From Octopus vulgaris (Eukaryota), in contig OX597832.1 in the NCBI GenBank assembly GCA_951406725.2, positions 37,200,001-37,264,000 on the forward strand: DNA of 64,000 bases, read 5' to 3'. Under the pieces are notes generated by a model. It saw only the letters and a program-made list of their open reading frames with translations, ran no database searches and was not told the origin of the DNA. The translations under genes were made by a program, and so were the position numbers. How positions within the stretch are numbered: position 1 is the stretch's first letter; each line of letters begins with the position of its first letter. Below, one piece after another: positions 27,016 to 40,654 of this stretch.

Positions 27016-27296
27016 TATATGTATGTATGTATACGTCTTTTTTGTGTGTGTGTGTGTGTGTGAGTGTGAGAGCATGTATTCGTACATACATATACATGTA
27101 TATGAGTAGATATTGATTAATATATACATATGTACTTGTGTGTGTGTGGATCAATAAATAATGGATGCGCCAGTGTATGTATGTATGTATGTATGTATGT
27201 ATGTATGTATGTATGTATGCATGCATGCATGCATGTATGTATGTATGTATGTATGTATGTATGTATGTATGTATGCATGCATGTATGTATGCATGC

Positions 27297-27328
<32 letters not shown>

Positions 27329-27940
27329 CTATATATGAGGTAATAAAGCATTCATGGTTATACAAAACTGAAGTGTGTGATATTAGTTAAGCGAATATTG
27401 TTATAACTATGAACATATGTCTTCCCTTATTGGCTTCTAAAAAACGGTCGACAGACGACGGCTCAGCAACAGAGTTTAGTGGGTCTGTTTCTAGTTAGGT
27501 GTTCTTGTGTGGTAAACCACTTGAGCGACAGATAAGCCGATTAGCGCATGGTTCAAGTTGAAAGATACTAAACTTGTCAGTCGTGGTTTATTTGACAATT
27601 ATTAACAAAAATGTAATAATTAACAATATTCTTTTCTTCATATATGCAAGTGTGTGTTATCATAGTAAGATACATATACAAACATAGACAAAAAACAAAA
27701 GCAGATACGCATGAATAAGCACTTATATATATATATAAGTATATAAGGCGAGCTGGCAGAAACGTTAGCAGGCCGGGCTAAATGCTTAGCAGTATTTAGG
27801 TTCTGTGTTCAAATTTCATCGAGGTACTCTTTGCCTTTCATCCTTTCGGGGTCGATAAATTAAGTACCAGTTGTGTACTGGGCTCGATTTAATCGACTGG
27901 CCCCTTCCCCCAAATGTTGGGCCTTGTGCCTAGAGTAGAA

Positions 27941-27979
<39 letters not shown>

Positions 27980-27980
<1 letters not shown>

Positions 27981-29200
27981 TAAAAACCACAAACGGAAAT
28001 CGTCCAAACATAACAAGCAGGAAAAGGACGATAGCACAACAATGGCAAACAGGACAAAACAAGATACACGGATCATTCGCAGCCAATTGCTTCTTCAGTT
28101 GGAATCTGGAATGTCCACGTAGTTTAGCCCAATCCTCTCCGATACTACTCGAGACCAGTTGGGCCAAGGGCTTAAGTTGTCACTACTCACATCTCTTCTT
28201 GAGATTTTACAACTTTGCTTGTTGCAAATCAGTGACCGGTGGTCCTTTTTTAAAAATATATTGCTGGCTGGAGCAGACTTTGACCCTCTCTCTAGCGACC
28301 AGGTGTTCGCGACTGAGATTATCAAATTAGCTTGAAACTGTGTCTCGCGATCCTGTCGTCTGCTTTTTCTTAAGGTACTTCCAGTTTCTTACTTGCATTT
28401 TACTTACGGTGACTTTTTTTGTGTTCCTCTTTTATTTTGTACTGTCACTGGCAGTTTCTCTCTCCTCAACAGACTCTATATCTCTCCTATTATCAAAATA
28501 CAATGGGATGGCCTTGTTGCTTGTAGCAAATGGCTGATCTGTGCTAGACGAGGAGACACTCGTCGGCTTCTTGGTACCCGACGCTGGTAGCTTCTGATAC
28601 TGGTTTTTATCGATTGTGAGGCAATTAAGTGTATTTGCTCTGGGTATTATTGGAGTTGGGCTGTTGGATTCAGGAAACACTGGGAGCAGTAATCACGTTC
28701 TTCACCGTAGAAAATCGGTACTATTGTTGTTACCGATAGTTTTCCTCATGTATTTCATTCACCTTTTGTTTTCCTCATCTTTTAAGCAGAAAGATCTCGA
28801 GTTGCAACTGGTCCTTCTTCCTACCCCAAGTTTGATCAACCTTCTTTGCTCGCTCAGTGAAGTATATACTTAGTTATAGCGTCGTGGCCTTGATCATCAG
28901 GAACTGAATGTTTGTACAGACATTGCTTAACCATATGTTGTTGCCAGCCCATTGTGCCACGCCACCTTCCCGTACTGAGCCTCAAAGGTAAATACAAGTC
29001 TAAGCTCAACATAACTAATCTCTCCAGCCGTAACCCTCGTATTTCTTTCTTTTCTGTACGGTAATGTCTGTCTCTGTGCACAGGTGTATGGCATACCAAC
29101 TCTGCTATCTTTACATCATCGATTGGAAAAAAAAAAACCCAGGTTACACGCTCCCATATACTTTGCTTAAGTCGAGAAGCACACAAAGTCACGCATTGAG
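27980..29200 (-). mobile_element. Decayed Penelope-like element remnant
   Basis: 3' end with GLN-like peptide (RIGLNY), CTGAAGA-hairpin-GAA motif and a T-rich tail like 1-235. Coding motifs are weak. Confidence 0.4.
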
Positions 29201-29903
29201 CAGAGCATCAGCTTCAGTCAATATCTGTTTGAAGACTCACTGTTATTTTGTTTTATTATGTAGAAAATGAAAGAAAACTAGAGACACGTCGCTTTTAACC
29301 ATATCTATTATTCTGAAGAGGAGGAATTACTTTTGAAACACACCTCTTCCACGTCTTTCCCATTATTTGGAGTTGACCGATGGCCGCTATTTCCTTTCTC
29401 GTTTGTAACACTAGTAAAGAACGAACTGTTGTTGCCGAAGCTTTTTGTTGAAGTCAAACAAGTTTCCGTTTTTGCTCGTCAAAATCTGACTAAATAATTG
29501 CTTCTGTTACATTGTATTTTTTGGTTTGCTAATCCTTTGTTCTTTAAATCCATTTTCGTGTTTCAGAAATTTTATCGCGTATTCGCTGCTACTCTCGAAC
29601 TTAAACACCATCTACCATACTCCCAGAAGTGATCATACCGAACCACTAACAAACACACAAAAGAAACTATAGATTTTTGCAGAAAAATATGTATTTATTC
29701 AATGAAGATCTTTTTTTTCAATTCTTGTGTAACGGGGTCAGGTGGGAGACGCCGAGTATTTCGAAACCTTTTAATTTGTATAAAAAGGAATTTTTTTTTC
29801 CCATAAGATAATTCTGGAAGAAACGTTTTCGCGGACTTCTGTGAAAATGCATGCATCAACGACTAAAAACATCGATAAGTATTAATTATCATTATTATTA
29901 ATT

Positions 29904-29995
<92 letters not shown>

Positions 29996-29997
29996 TT

Positions 29998-30057
<60 letters not shown>

Positions 30058-30383
30058 TTATGTATACATATATATATATGTGCATATATATATTCATATA
30101 TGCATGTATATATATATATGAATTATGTATACATATATATGCAAGTATATATTTATGTATGTATGCATGTATGTATGTATAGCCATCTCTCTCGTTCACC
30201 CTACGCTCCCCTCTACCTACTCGTATAAATAATTCTATGTGTGGGCTGTTCATTCACTCCTTTCTTATTCAGTGACTCAAATGTTGCCAGATTGAATGTA
30301 CGCAAAACTCCGAGTTAGCAATGAATCGTATCAACTAATTCATATCACATATAAACTTTGTTTAGTTTGTAAGCAAAATCGTA

Positions 30384-30440
<57 letters not shown>

Positions 30441-30453
30441 CATATATATATAA

Positions 30454-30491
<38 letters not shown>

Positions 30492-30507
30492 GTATATATA
30501 TATAAAT

Positions 30508-30579
<72 letters not shown>

Positions 30580-31269
30580 TGTACATATATATATATATAC
30601 ATACACACATACAAAGGTGTGTGTATGTATGCATCGATATAAATATAAATAAATATATACATATATATGCATACATGTGCTCACGTATACACACACATAC
30701 ACACAAGCACACACACACACATATATATATATACATCTACTTATATATATTTATGTGTGTGTGTGTAAGTGTATGTGTTTTTGTGTACATACGAGTGTCT
30801 GCCTGTCTGTCTGTCTCTTGTCTGCTTATCTGCCTGCGCGCCGGCCTATTTATCCGTCTGTTTGTCTGGCTGCCTCTCCAACCGGCTGCCACACTCAGTC
30901 CAAACAGTTTCACGAATGACGAACTGCAATGATCCAATGCACTCTTTACCACCGACCAATGAACAAGCAGTTGGCTTTGATGACAAATGGTTGTGTCGGT
31001 ATGGACAGCGTAGTTGCAACCACTTCCTTCCGGTTGCCCACTTCCAAATGGGTGATCTGTCCTTACCATGACAGTTTGATGAGGTTACAATCACTAGAAT
31101 TTCTCTAATCTAACACTCACTGCACTCTTCTATCATTCTCACCCACAAAAGCAGATACAACAACAAAACAAAAACACAAAAAACAAACAAGAAAACATAC
31201 TTGTTTACTCACTCAACTTTGTTTCTCGCCCTTAGGCAATGGCTGTCTGCCTGTCCGCCTTACTGCTTG

Positions 31270-31352
<83 letters not shown>

Positions 31353-31681
31353 ATCTTTCTATCTTTCTATGTATGTATGTATGTATGTATGTATGCATGT
31401 AGGGATGAGGGTATAGAAACAAGGGTAAATATTGCTGTATTGAAGATATAAGGCCATGTCTGTGCCAAATGAAAGAAAAGCCGACAACATGTGTGTAGGT
31501 GTGTGAATGGACATATTGGTAAAATGACAGACGTGCATAAAAAACAGGGGAGGTAAGTAGTGTGACAGTAAACAATCTCGCTAAATAATTACATTGATTG
31601 ACACGCCATAAAATTCGTAACTTATAAGCTAAGATGTGTTGTGGGAAACATGTAAACATAGATCCATATGTGTGTGTGTGT

Positions 31682-31738
<57 letters not shown>

Positions 31739-31977
31739 TGTCCTCAGTTTGTTTCTTTTTGATAGGATTTCTTTTCCTCAGTTTGTTACTTCATATATAT
31801 ATATATATAAGGATGAGATCATTATTTAAAATATTTAGATCTGGGATTATCCAATAATTCTTTGCTAGTTTATTTGTCTTTTCTCTTGGTGCTGTATGAA
31901 TACTTGATGTGGTTTTTTAGAGTCAAGTTTTGACTGCTGTCTCTAGCATGGTGTCATCATTTAGATACCCTTAATCA

Positions 31978-32053
<76 letters not shown>

Positions 32054-32199
32054 TATATACATATACACGCAGACATGTGCGTGTGGGTGTACTTTTCAGA
32101 CGGGACATATTACTGACAGACTGACAGACAGGGCATACGACAATGAAGCAGAAACAGATATAGTCATATGATGGGACTTAAAACTAAATATTGTTGACT

Positions 32200-32345
32200 T
32201 GGCGGAAACGGAATTAAGCCTGGTCACACGAGAGACTTTGCTTCGGATCAGAATGGCGTCAACCTTCTGATGACGTCACGTCACATCAAGCTTATTGAGT
32301 CAACTTACTGGACTGGACCTTTGAATTACCTCAGTGCAAAGTTAA
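32200..32345. promoter_or_regulatory. Possible enhancer/promoter motif cluster
   Basis: Full CRE TGACGTCA (32271-32278) overlapping GTCACGTCAC, AATGGCG (YY1-like), CCTTTGAA (TCF-like) and CGGAA, in unique sequence. Confidence 0.3.
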
Positions 32346-32759
32346 TTCATCGAGAACCACTGATCAAAAAAGATTTGACGTTTACACACACACATACACG
32401 TGTGTATCTGTGCGTGTGCGTGTGTGTATGAGCGCGCGTGTAAAAGTATACACAAGCAAGTATACGTTTGAGGGTGCGTATTTTATGTTTCTTTCTCAAT
32501 CTATCCTTCTCCTTTCTTTCCGCTCTCTCATACTCTCTCTTTCTGTCTCTCCCCCTCTCTTTCTCTCCTTCTCTGTTTCCCTCTCTCCCTCTCTCTTTCT
32601 CTCCTTCTCTCTTTCTCTCCTTCTCTCTTTCTCCCCCCTCTCTCTCTACACACACACACACACAGATTTAAAGCGAACAGTATTTAAAGCCAAAGAATAC
32701 TGAATGCTTGTTCGCAGAATGTGGTTTTATATTCCATTAGTAGGTGTATATATATAGAC

Positions 32760-33205
32760 AGGCATCCGTCGGTTTCGAAGGACCGTGAATCAGCGCCCGG
32801 AGAATTTTGTTTCAGCTGCTGGTGGTAGTGCACCATGAGCTGTGATTGTCCAGGTCCATCGGGGAGTGGCAGTCTTGCATGTAACGACGGCATTTGAAGA
32901 AGCTCTCCACCAGCGCTATTAACTTTTCCTTTCTTCGAGCGCACTTTTCTCCGGTGTCAAGGTCCAGTTTCTCTTCCACTCGCTCCATCCCATTGCGTAG
33001 TACTTGTCTCCAGCTTGGGCGATCATTTGCCACTTCCTCCCATTTCAAGACGACCAGATCTATTGACTTAATTTCTCTCTTGAAACGAAGACGGGGTTGC
33101 TCTCATGCTCTTGTGGCGGTGGCCAATTCCCCACACATGATGCCTTTTAGTATCTCCTCGTCTGGCATACGATATACGTGAGTGAGCCAGCGCAGCCGGC
33201 GCTGT
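32760..33205 (-). mobile_element. RTE-clade LINE 3' end
   Basis: RWLTHVYRMPD..ILK..GEL, PRLRFK, WEEVANDRPSWR, a degenerate C-terminal Cys/His knuckle and a short 3' UTR ending CCGACGGATGCC. Confidence 0.8.
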
Positions 33206-33878
33206 TGGAGCAGTATACATGTACGACGGGCTTCTTTAGTTTCCATCTACCAAACCCGCTAACAAGGGTTTCGTCAGCCCGAGGCTATTGTAGAAGATAC
33301 TGGCCCAAGATACTACGTAGTGAGGCCGAACCCAGAACCGTGTATACATACATACATGCATACATACATACATACATACATACATACATACATACATACA
33401 TACATACACATGCATACATGCATACATGCATACATACATACATATGTACATACGTACGTACACACATACATACATACATACATACATACATACATACATA
33501 CATACATACATACATGTATACATACATACATACATACACACATACATACATACATACATACATACATACATACATACATACATACATACATACATACATA
33601 CATACATACATACATACATACATACACACATGGTTATATGCGACGATGCTTTTTCACATTTCCTAATTGACATTTCTATTAAAAATTATTCGAAAAGTGA
33701 TTATAACAGATTTCGGGCGATCTTGAACGTGCAAACTGATTTTTCGATGACGTAATCTTCATTAATGAAATGTATGAAATGCCTGTCCCTGAATAATATC
33801 AAGACACTAAGGTATGTATTTTCTGAGATTCATTTCTTGAGATTTATAAGCTTATACAAGAATTGGTCCACAACTTAC

Positions 33879-33909
33879 GGCTTCAGGTTTGTAGATGTCG
33901 TTTCGATAC
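33879..33909 (-). other. Candidate 31-nt exon
   Basis: Branch-like CTGAC, tract TCTTTCTCCTCTTTCTTCTACAG|G and donor GCC|GTAAGT. Open as YRNDIYKPEA or IETTSTNLK. Confidence 0.5.
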
Positions 33910-34103
33910 CTGTAGAAGAAAGAGGAGAAAGAGCATGTCAGTTGATTCTGGAGATGACTGAGTTGAGTTTTGTGTGTGAGTTTGGTAGAATTAAAAGACT
34001 GCGAGGATATGGAATAGAGGCGAAGTCAGTCTTTCAAAAAAGGAGAACGACTGAATTGTGCACACGGCTTTCTTTCGTTCTTTCTTTCTTTCTTATTTCT
34101 TTT

Positions 34104-34143
<40 letters not shown>

Positions 34144-36299
34144 TCATTCTTTTTTCATTCTTTTTTCTTTCCATCTTCGTTCCTTCGTTCCTTCTTTCGT
34201 TCTTTCCTTCATTCTTCTTCTTCGTTCTTCGTTGTTGTTGTTGTTCTTCTTCTTCTTGTTCTTTTTTTTTCTTCTTCTTCTACTTCTTCTTCTTTCTTTT
34301 TTCTTCCTCCCTCTCTCTCTCTCTACACACACTACACTCACATGCACATACACACACACTGGTACACAGTGAGGCTACTACACTACTAAAACAACTGTCA
34401 TAACTACTTTATTAAACTCATTATCTTCTCCACCGCCTCCATCACCTCCACCACCAAAACCTGTCGTACGACACCCATTTTCCAGTGCCCCACCTCCCCC
34501 GTATTTCACCACAACACAAAGAGCTGACAGCAAGAAGTGTCGTCAGCACATGTCAGCTCACACTCGCCGCGCTTTGTTGGCGAGGGTGTGGATGGTGCAG
34601 TGTTGCCGCGGCACGGTGATGTGGTGGTGGTGGTGGTGGTGGTGTAAACCAGATTCCCTCCACATCAGTTAGGGGTAGTGTTAGACGGGTAATACCTAAT
34701 TTGCTCTTGTATCAAAGACAAATGTATCTTCGCCAGTTTCAATGGGGAGTAGTCTAATTTTTCGATCAACTGTCGTTTCGGGTTCAGTTCCACTGCCTGA
34801 CACCTGGGAAAGTGTCTTCTAATATAGCCCCGGGTTGACCAATGCTTGGGAGTGGATTTGGTGGACGGCACTTGTTTGGAAGCCTGAGACTTGTGTGTGT
34901 GTGTGTGTATTATGCCTTACTATTTGACAACCAGTGGTGGTTTGTTTATGTCCCCTTAATATAGCGTTTCGGCAAAAGTGAACAGGAGAGTAAGTACTAG
35001 TGTTTAAAATAAGTACTGGAGTCGATTTGTTCGACCAAATCTTTGAAGATAGTGCTCCAGCATGATCATAGTCCAATAACTAAAACAAGTAAAAGGTTAA
35101 AAATATATATATATTCTAAGTGGTTAAGTATCCTACAGACATAAGCATCCTTGGCCGACTCCACGGGGCTGAACTAGAGTGACACAATAAGTGGAAGGAT
35201 TAGCTTTCCGATGGCCTTTTATAGTTTCACTCTCAAGGACTTGGTTAACCCGAAACTATGCTAAAAAAAAACCAACAAAAAGCAAACAAACAAAAAACAC
35301 TTACCCACGATACTTAGCAAAGGGTTCAAATTCGTGATTTCAAAATTGCTTCTAACGTAGACACAAATCAGCAATTTGGGGGAGAGGGTTAATCGATATT
35401 TTTACCGGGGGATGAAAGGCGAAATTGATCTCGGGTTTGCCTTGCATCGATTGCCCTTGGTGTAGAGCTAAGACAAATACCATAAGGTATTTTATCCGAT
35501 GCTTTGCCGTCTCTGCCAATTTCTTTTATGCACAAACAGACGATTGTATACAAAGGAAAGGAGAAAAAGTTTTCGATACCTTAAGTGGAAGCTCAATCTT
35601 CAGAAATTGGTTTTCGTTGCCATTCTTCTGGGGATTATGAAAAAAATGAGATATAAATTTATCATTAAAAATGCATACATGAGGTTTAGACATAAATATG
35701 AGAGTCAACACCGGTTGATTAATAACAATGGAATGATACCAGAACAGCATTATTGCCTGATAGAATGTAACAAATAGATATTGTTGATTGGTGTAAATTT
35801 CTCTCTTCCTGTTTTGTTTTTCATTTTGTACAAAAGTGGCATTTAGTAAGATGTCAAGATTTCACAAGCATGTACTCATGCAGTTAACAAGTGTGGATTA
35901 TGAATAAAACAACGTATTCCATAGAAAGCAGTGGTACAATTTAAAACTGACATTTTAAACTTGGCAAAAGGTTTTAAGAAATTCTAAAATAACTTTCAGA
36001 ACGTTTTAGGCAATACTCTAAAAACACGACAATATTCACGTAATAACCTTTGTTTTATTGAATACAAACAACAATTTATATGAAACGAAAGGTATCACGT
36101 ACTAACATCCAAACATATAAAAATCTGGTAATAGCACATAATCTACCTAAATCTTGAAGCCAAAGTAATTATTAGTAATATTAGTAATCTCTGTCGTAGT
36201 CTAATTCACATAAGTGAGTTAAGTATCGTCAGCAAGAATATTCAAGATTCTGCTATCCTTAAAACTAAGAATGCTATTTCTCTTTTTTTAGGTAGCGGG

Positions 36300-36732
36300 T
36301 AGCCATTTTCTTCACTACTTCAGGGAGTGACGACCCTGCCTGACACGAGTCCCGTTATGGCCCCCTATCCAGGGTTAAGGAAGCTACCCGTTATGGTCCC
36401 CTATCCAGGGTTAAGGAAAGGAGACAACCTTCAAAGAAATCCGGAGTGGAGCCCCGTAGACGGTTTAGTGTTCGACTCGACACTCTTCCGGCAGCTCCTG
36501 CAACCAAGCTGGTGCCAAACGTAATGCTCTACACCCCTTTGGACTACATCAACGAGGTCGAGAGAGGAATCCTGATGATTGGGCTACCCAGGGTTTTCTT
36601 ACATTTAGCCCAGGCCTGCGCAAAACTGGAGAGGAAACTGGAGAGGACATGAAATGTAAAAACCAGACTGGATTAGTTTATGCGCAACTCCATTGTCTCC
36701 CGAGACAAAAGGATGCAAACAACAACAACAAT
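36300..36732 (+). mobile_element. Non-autonomous bipartite RTE-derived element
   Basis: RTE 5'UTR-like body joined to an RTE-type 3' hairpin GTCTCCCGAGAC..GGATGC and a (CAA)n tail. Internal tandem duplication of about 32 bp. Confidence 0.6.
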
Positions 36733-37481
36733 TTCTCTTTTATTATGGAATAACAGTAAGACAAGCAAGCTGGCAGAATCGCTTGTATGCCGGACAAAAT
36801 GCTTAGCGACATCTCGTCCTTCTTTATGTTCTGATTTCGGCTTTGCCTGTCATACTTTCAAGGTTGAGCTCTAAGGTTGAAATAATCAACTTGGCCCCTC
36901 TCCCAAAATTCCAGGCCACGTGCCGATAGTAGAAAGAATTATTGAATACTTGCGGTTCCATTTTAGTATTGCAAAGCTTTCAATAAAAGTAGCTTTATAA
37001 TTTCACACAATTTGACCCAATTCCGGTTTGATTCCTCTTCACTAAAACTTATTTTTCATAAAATATAAGATTAAGTTACTTATTTTACTTTAAAAAGTGA
37101 ATCTTAAATTTGGATCACCCTGCACGTAATGAAATCTCTGTTAGTCTTCGATAATTCATTAATGTTTTTCAGAAAAAAAGAAAAAAAAACTGGCGATGAA
37201 GAATTAAATGCTTCCATGGGGAGTCACGACAAGGTCGAACTATTCAAAATTAACTGGCTTTATGGTTTATAATTTCTTCTAATAAGATTCCTTGATTGGA
37301 AGGGAATTTATTCTGTGAGGATGACTTAACTGTTACGTGTAATATGAACGGTCATGATTTGAATAAATTTAGAAAAGGCCTCAGAGATAAATTTAAGCAT
37401 AAATCTACGGATCACGCTTGATACTAATTATAGTGCAGTGAATTTCTTGGACAAAACTTTAAACTCAGATACTAATAAATA

Positions 37482-38041
37482 CAGGGTTAGTCAAAAAGAA
37501 AGAGCAGATTTTAAATTTATTTTTAAAACAAACGTTAAGAGACACAAACACATTCTACATATTTTTTGATAGGGGAAGGCTTAAAGTTTATTTTAAGGTC
37601 GTATGCACTCAACATGAGCATCATGAGCACCGATGCTTTTGCCTTTACAAATGCAACCTTTTTCTGTAAAATTGTTATGCCATTCGTAAATTTGCTTGTG
37701 ACGAGGTGGATTTTTATTGGATCGGCACCAAAATTCACGTTGCACTTGCACAATCGATTCGCATTTCTCAAACTTCAGCACACAAAAAGACTTTTCTTGT
37801 GGCGTCACCATTTTCTAAGGGATTACACAAATGAAAATTATACAAATTTAAATAAAATGAACAAAATGAAACATTGAAACAAAATTAAAATATCTTATTT
37901 AAGGCTTAATTCAATTGATTATGTTCAGTTTATAAACTTTAAACCTTCCTCTATCAAGAAATATGTAGAAAGTGTTTGTGTCTCTTACCGTTTGCTTTAC
38001 AAATAAATTTGAAATCTGCTCTTTCATTTTGACTAACCCAG
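37482..38041 (-). mobile_element. Internally deleted Tc1/mariner element with about 110-bp TIRs
   Basis: TA|CAGGGTTAGTCAAAA ... TTTTGACTAACCCAG|TA. Retains the N-terminal HTH segment TPQEKSFCVLKFEKCESIVQVQREF...PP..KQIYEW..F.EKGCICKGKS (DUF4817-like). Confidence 0.9.
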
Positions 38042-38429
38042 TATTACTGTTAAATGAAACTCACCGAAAAATTACAACGAAAGTTCAAATCGCCCTCCTG
38101 CAATTTCCCGTGCTTGGTATTGCACATTAGTTAACAGACATTTTCCTGTCTTTCAGTTGAGGTGTCCTTAATAGCGGTGCACCACATTAGATAGACGCAT
38201 TGCATTATGGGGGTTTCACTGACAAAATTGAACTCTATAGGAATATTGGTTTTAAACGTAAAAATGGGACAATGAGCCTTTTATTGTTTAAACTTTCGTT
38301 CAGTGTAAATATTTGGTACTAAATCATCAAAGACTTCTAAAATATAATTTATTTCCACTAAATCATAAATATCACAAGCACATCCAGAAGAAAACCCCCT
38401 TCCCCCTCTCTCTTTCTCTCTGTTTTCTT

Positions 38430-38729
38430 AGTGGGACTGAACCCAGAACCATGTGATTGGTAAAGCAAGCTACTTACCACGCTCAAGTGAAACAACGTAG
38501 TCCTAGAGTAACGTAGACATCCAAGTAAAACCAGGGATCTTCAAGTTTCTTTACTTTTAGACGTCTTATTCGATTGCATAACCAAGCCTCGACATCGAAC
38601 AGCGAAATAGCACTGAACTCGTGATCATCGGGCCGAGTCACATGACAAAGCAAATATGTAAAACATGTAACTCACAACTGCATGAAAGTTATCGGCTCCA
38701 ATGGTGATATGAATTACTATGTTATAATT
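38430..38729 (+). repeat. 300-bp direct duplication, copy A
   Basis: Matches 39537-39836 with about 8 substitutions by eye. Confidence 0.92.
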
Positions 38730-38849
38730 GTCGCAGCCGTTTCTGTCTGATCTTCACGCTAACTTTGGGCAGGTCCCCATAGAAACATTCGTTTCAACCA
38801 ATCATGTGATGCTGAACTGTTTGCTTCGAGCGGTTCTAAATTGAATGAA

Positions 38850-39065
38850 CTTAGATGGTTGGGTGAGCAGTTCAGAAACAGAAATTAAGATCAGGAAGAC
38901 ACAAGCTTGGACAACCTGTCACAAACTAAAGAAGGTCTGGAGTTCCAAATGGCCCAGGCGAATCAAGATCCAGCGCTTTTATACGGCAGTGGAACAGGAC
39001 ACTGGGAAAGAAATTATCAAACAGGCTAGATGATGGCTGCTACACAAGGATGCTACGAATAGGAT
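38850..39065 (+). mobile_element. RTE-like RT C-terminal fragment
   Basis: WVSSSETEIKIRKTQAWTTCHKLKKVWSS...KIQRFYTAVE and DGCYTRMLR. Confidence 0.75.
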
Positions 39066-39199
39066 GCATGGACGCCAGGGAAATAAGCCCCGTGTGTCTC
39101 GTGTGAGGGTTAAGTTTGAGGAAGATGTGACCATTATTTCTAGTGGCTCGAGTGACCGCATAGCGGTTCTGTTATTGATGTGTGATCCTTATAATGCAT

Positions 39200-39590
39200 T
39201 TACTCTCTTTACTTGTTTCAGTCATTTGACTGCGGCCGTGCTGGAGCACCGCCTTTTAGTCGAGCAAATCGACCCCAGGACTTATTCTTTGTAAACCTAG
39301 TACTTATTCTATCGGCCTCTTTTTGCCAAACCGCTAAGTTACGGGGACGTAAACACACCAGCATCGGTTGTCAAGCAATGTTGGGGCGGGGACAGACATA
39401 GATAGACAAACACGCACACACACATATATATACATATATATGACGGGCTTCTTTCAGTTTCCGTCTACCAAATCCACTCACAAGGCTTTGGTCGGCCCGA
39501 GGATATAGTAGAAGACACTTGCCCAAGGTGCCACGCAGTGGGACTGAACCCGGAACCATGTGATTGGTAAAGCAAGCTACTTACCACGCT
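39200..39590 (-). mobile_element. About 400-bp SINE, same family as 20505-20902
   Basis: Near-identical sequence. Confidence 0.9.
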
Positions 39591-39836
39591 CGAATGAAAC
39601 AACGTAGTCCTAGAGTAACGTAGACATCCAAGTAAAACCAGGGACCTTCAAGTTTCTTTACTTCTCGACGTCTTATTCGATTGCATAACCAAGCCTCGAC
39701 ATCGAACAGCGAAATAGCACTGAACTCGTGATCATCGGGCCGAGTCACATGACAAAGCAAATATGTAAAACATGCTACTCACAACTGCATGAAAGTTATC
39801 GGCTCCAATGGTGATATGAATTACTATGTTATAATT
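39537..39836 (+). repeat. 300-bp direct duplication, copy B
   Basis: Matches 38430-38729. Confidence 0.92.
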
Positions 39837-39963
39837 TTTAGTAATTACATCTCCCAGCATGGAAATATAATGTTTTAAATTTGTTCTTAGATTATATTTC
39901 GGTCTTAATCAGCGAGCATGAATCAACGGTATCATATATCTCCAGTAAATTGTATTAAATTTG

Positions 39964-40038
<75 letters not shown>

Positions 40039-40057
40039 CATACACACACACACACAC

Positions 40058-40108
<51 letters not shown>

Positions 40109-40147
40109 CGTAGATACATAGATTCATATACATAAGTACACAGATAT

Positions 40148-40228
<81 letters not shown>

Positions 40229-40506
40229 CAGAGAATCAGAATGACAGACAGAAACGGGGGAGAGAGAGACAGTATTTAGGCAACATATAATAATATTTAA
40301 TGAGCATTTAATTAATTAAGTCAGTGAGTATTTAGTTTGTTTTTGTGTGGGAGTAATTTGTTTTTCTTTTCTTTGGCGTTCGTCCAAATTCGACTTCGGC
40401 TTCCATCCTTTCGGAGTCGCTAAACTAAAGTACAAGTTCTGGGGCCGACCTAATCGACCATTCTCACCAATTGCAGGCCTTGCGCACCTATGTAAGAAAG
40501 AAACAA

Positions 40507-40628
40507 TTCTTCTTCTTCTTCTTCTTCTTCTTCTTCTTCTTCTTCTTCTTCTTCTTCTTCTTCTTCTTCTTCTTCTTCTTCTTCTTCTTCTTCTTCTTCT
40601 TCTTCTTCTTCTTCTTCTTCTTCTTCTT
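40507..40628. repeat. (TTC)n microsatellite
   Basis: Direct reading. Confidence 0.95.
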
Positions 40629-40654
40629 GCTCCTCCTCCTCCTCTTCTTCTTCT

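Noticed and set aside
30880-31070. Complex sequence with ORFs on both strands
   Set aside because: No recognisable motif or bracketing splice-site pair; left unassigned
38430-39836. LTR retrotransposon or TRIM
   Set aside because: No TG..CA ends, PBS, PPT or TSD; the repeat starts inside a SINE
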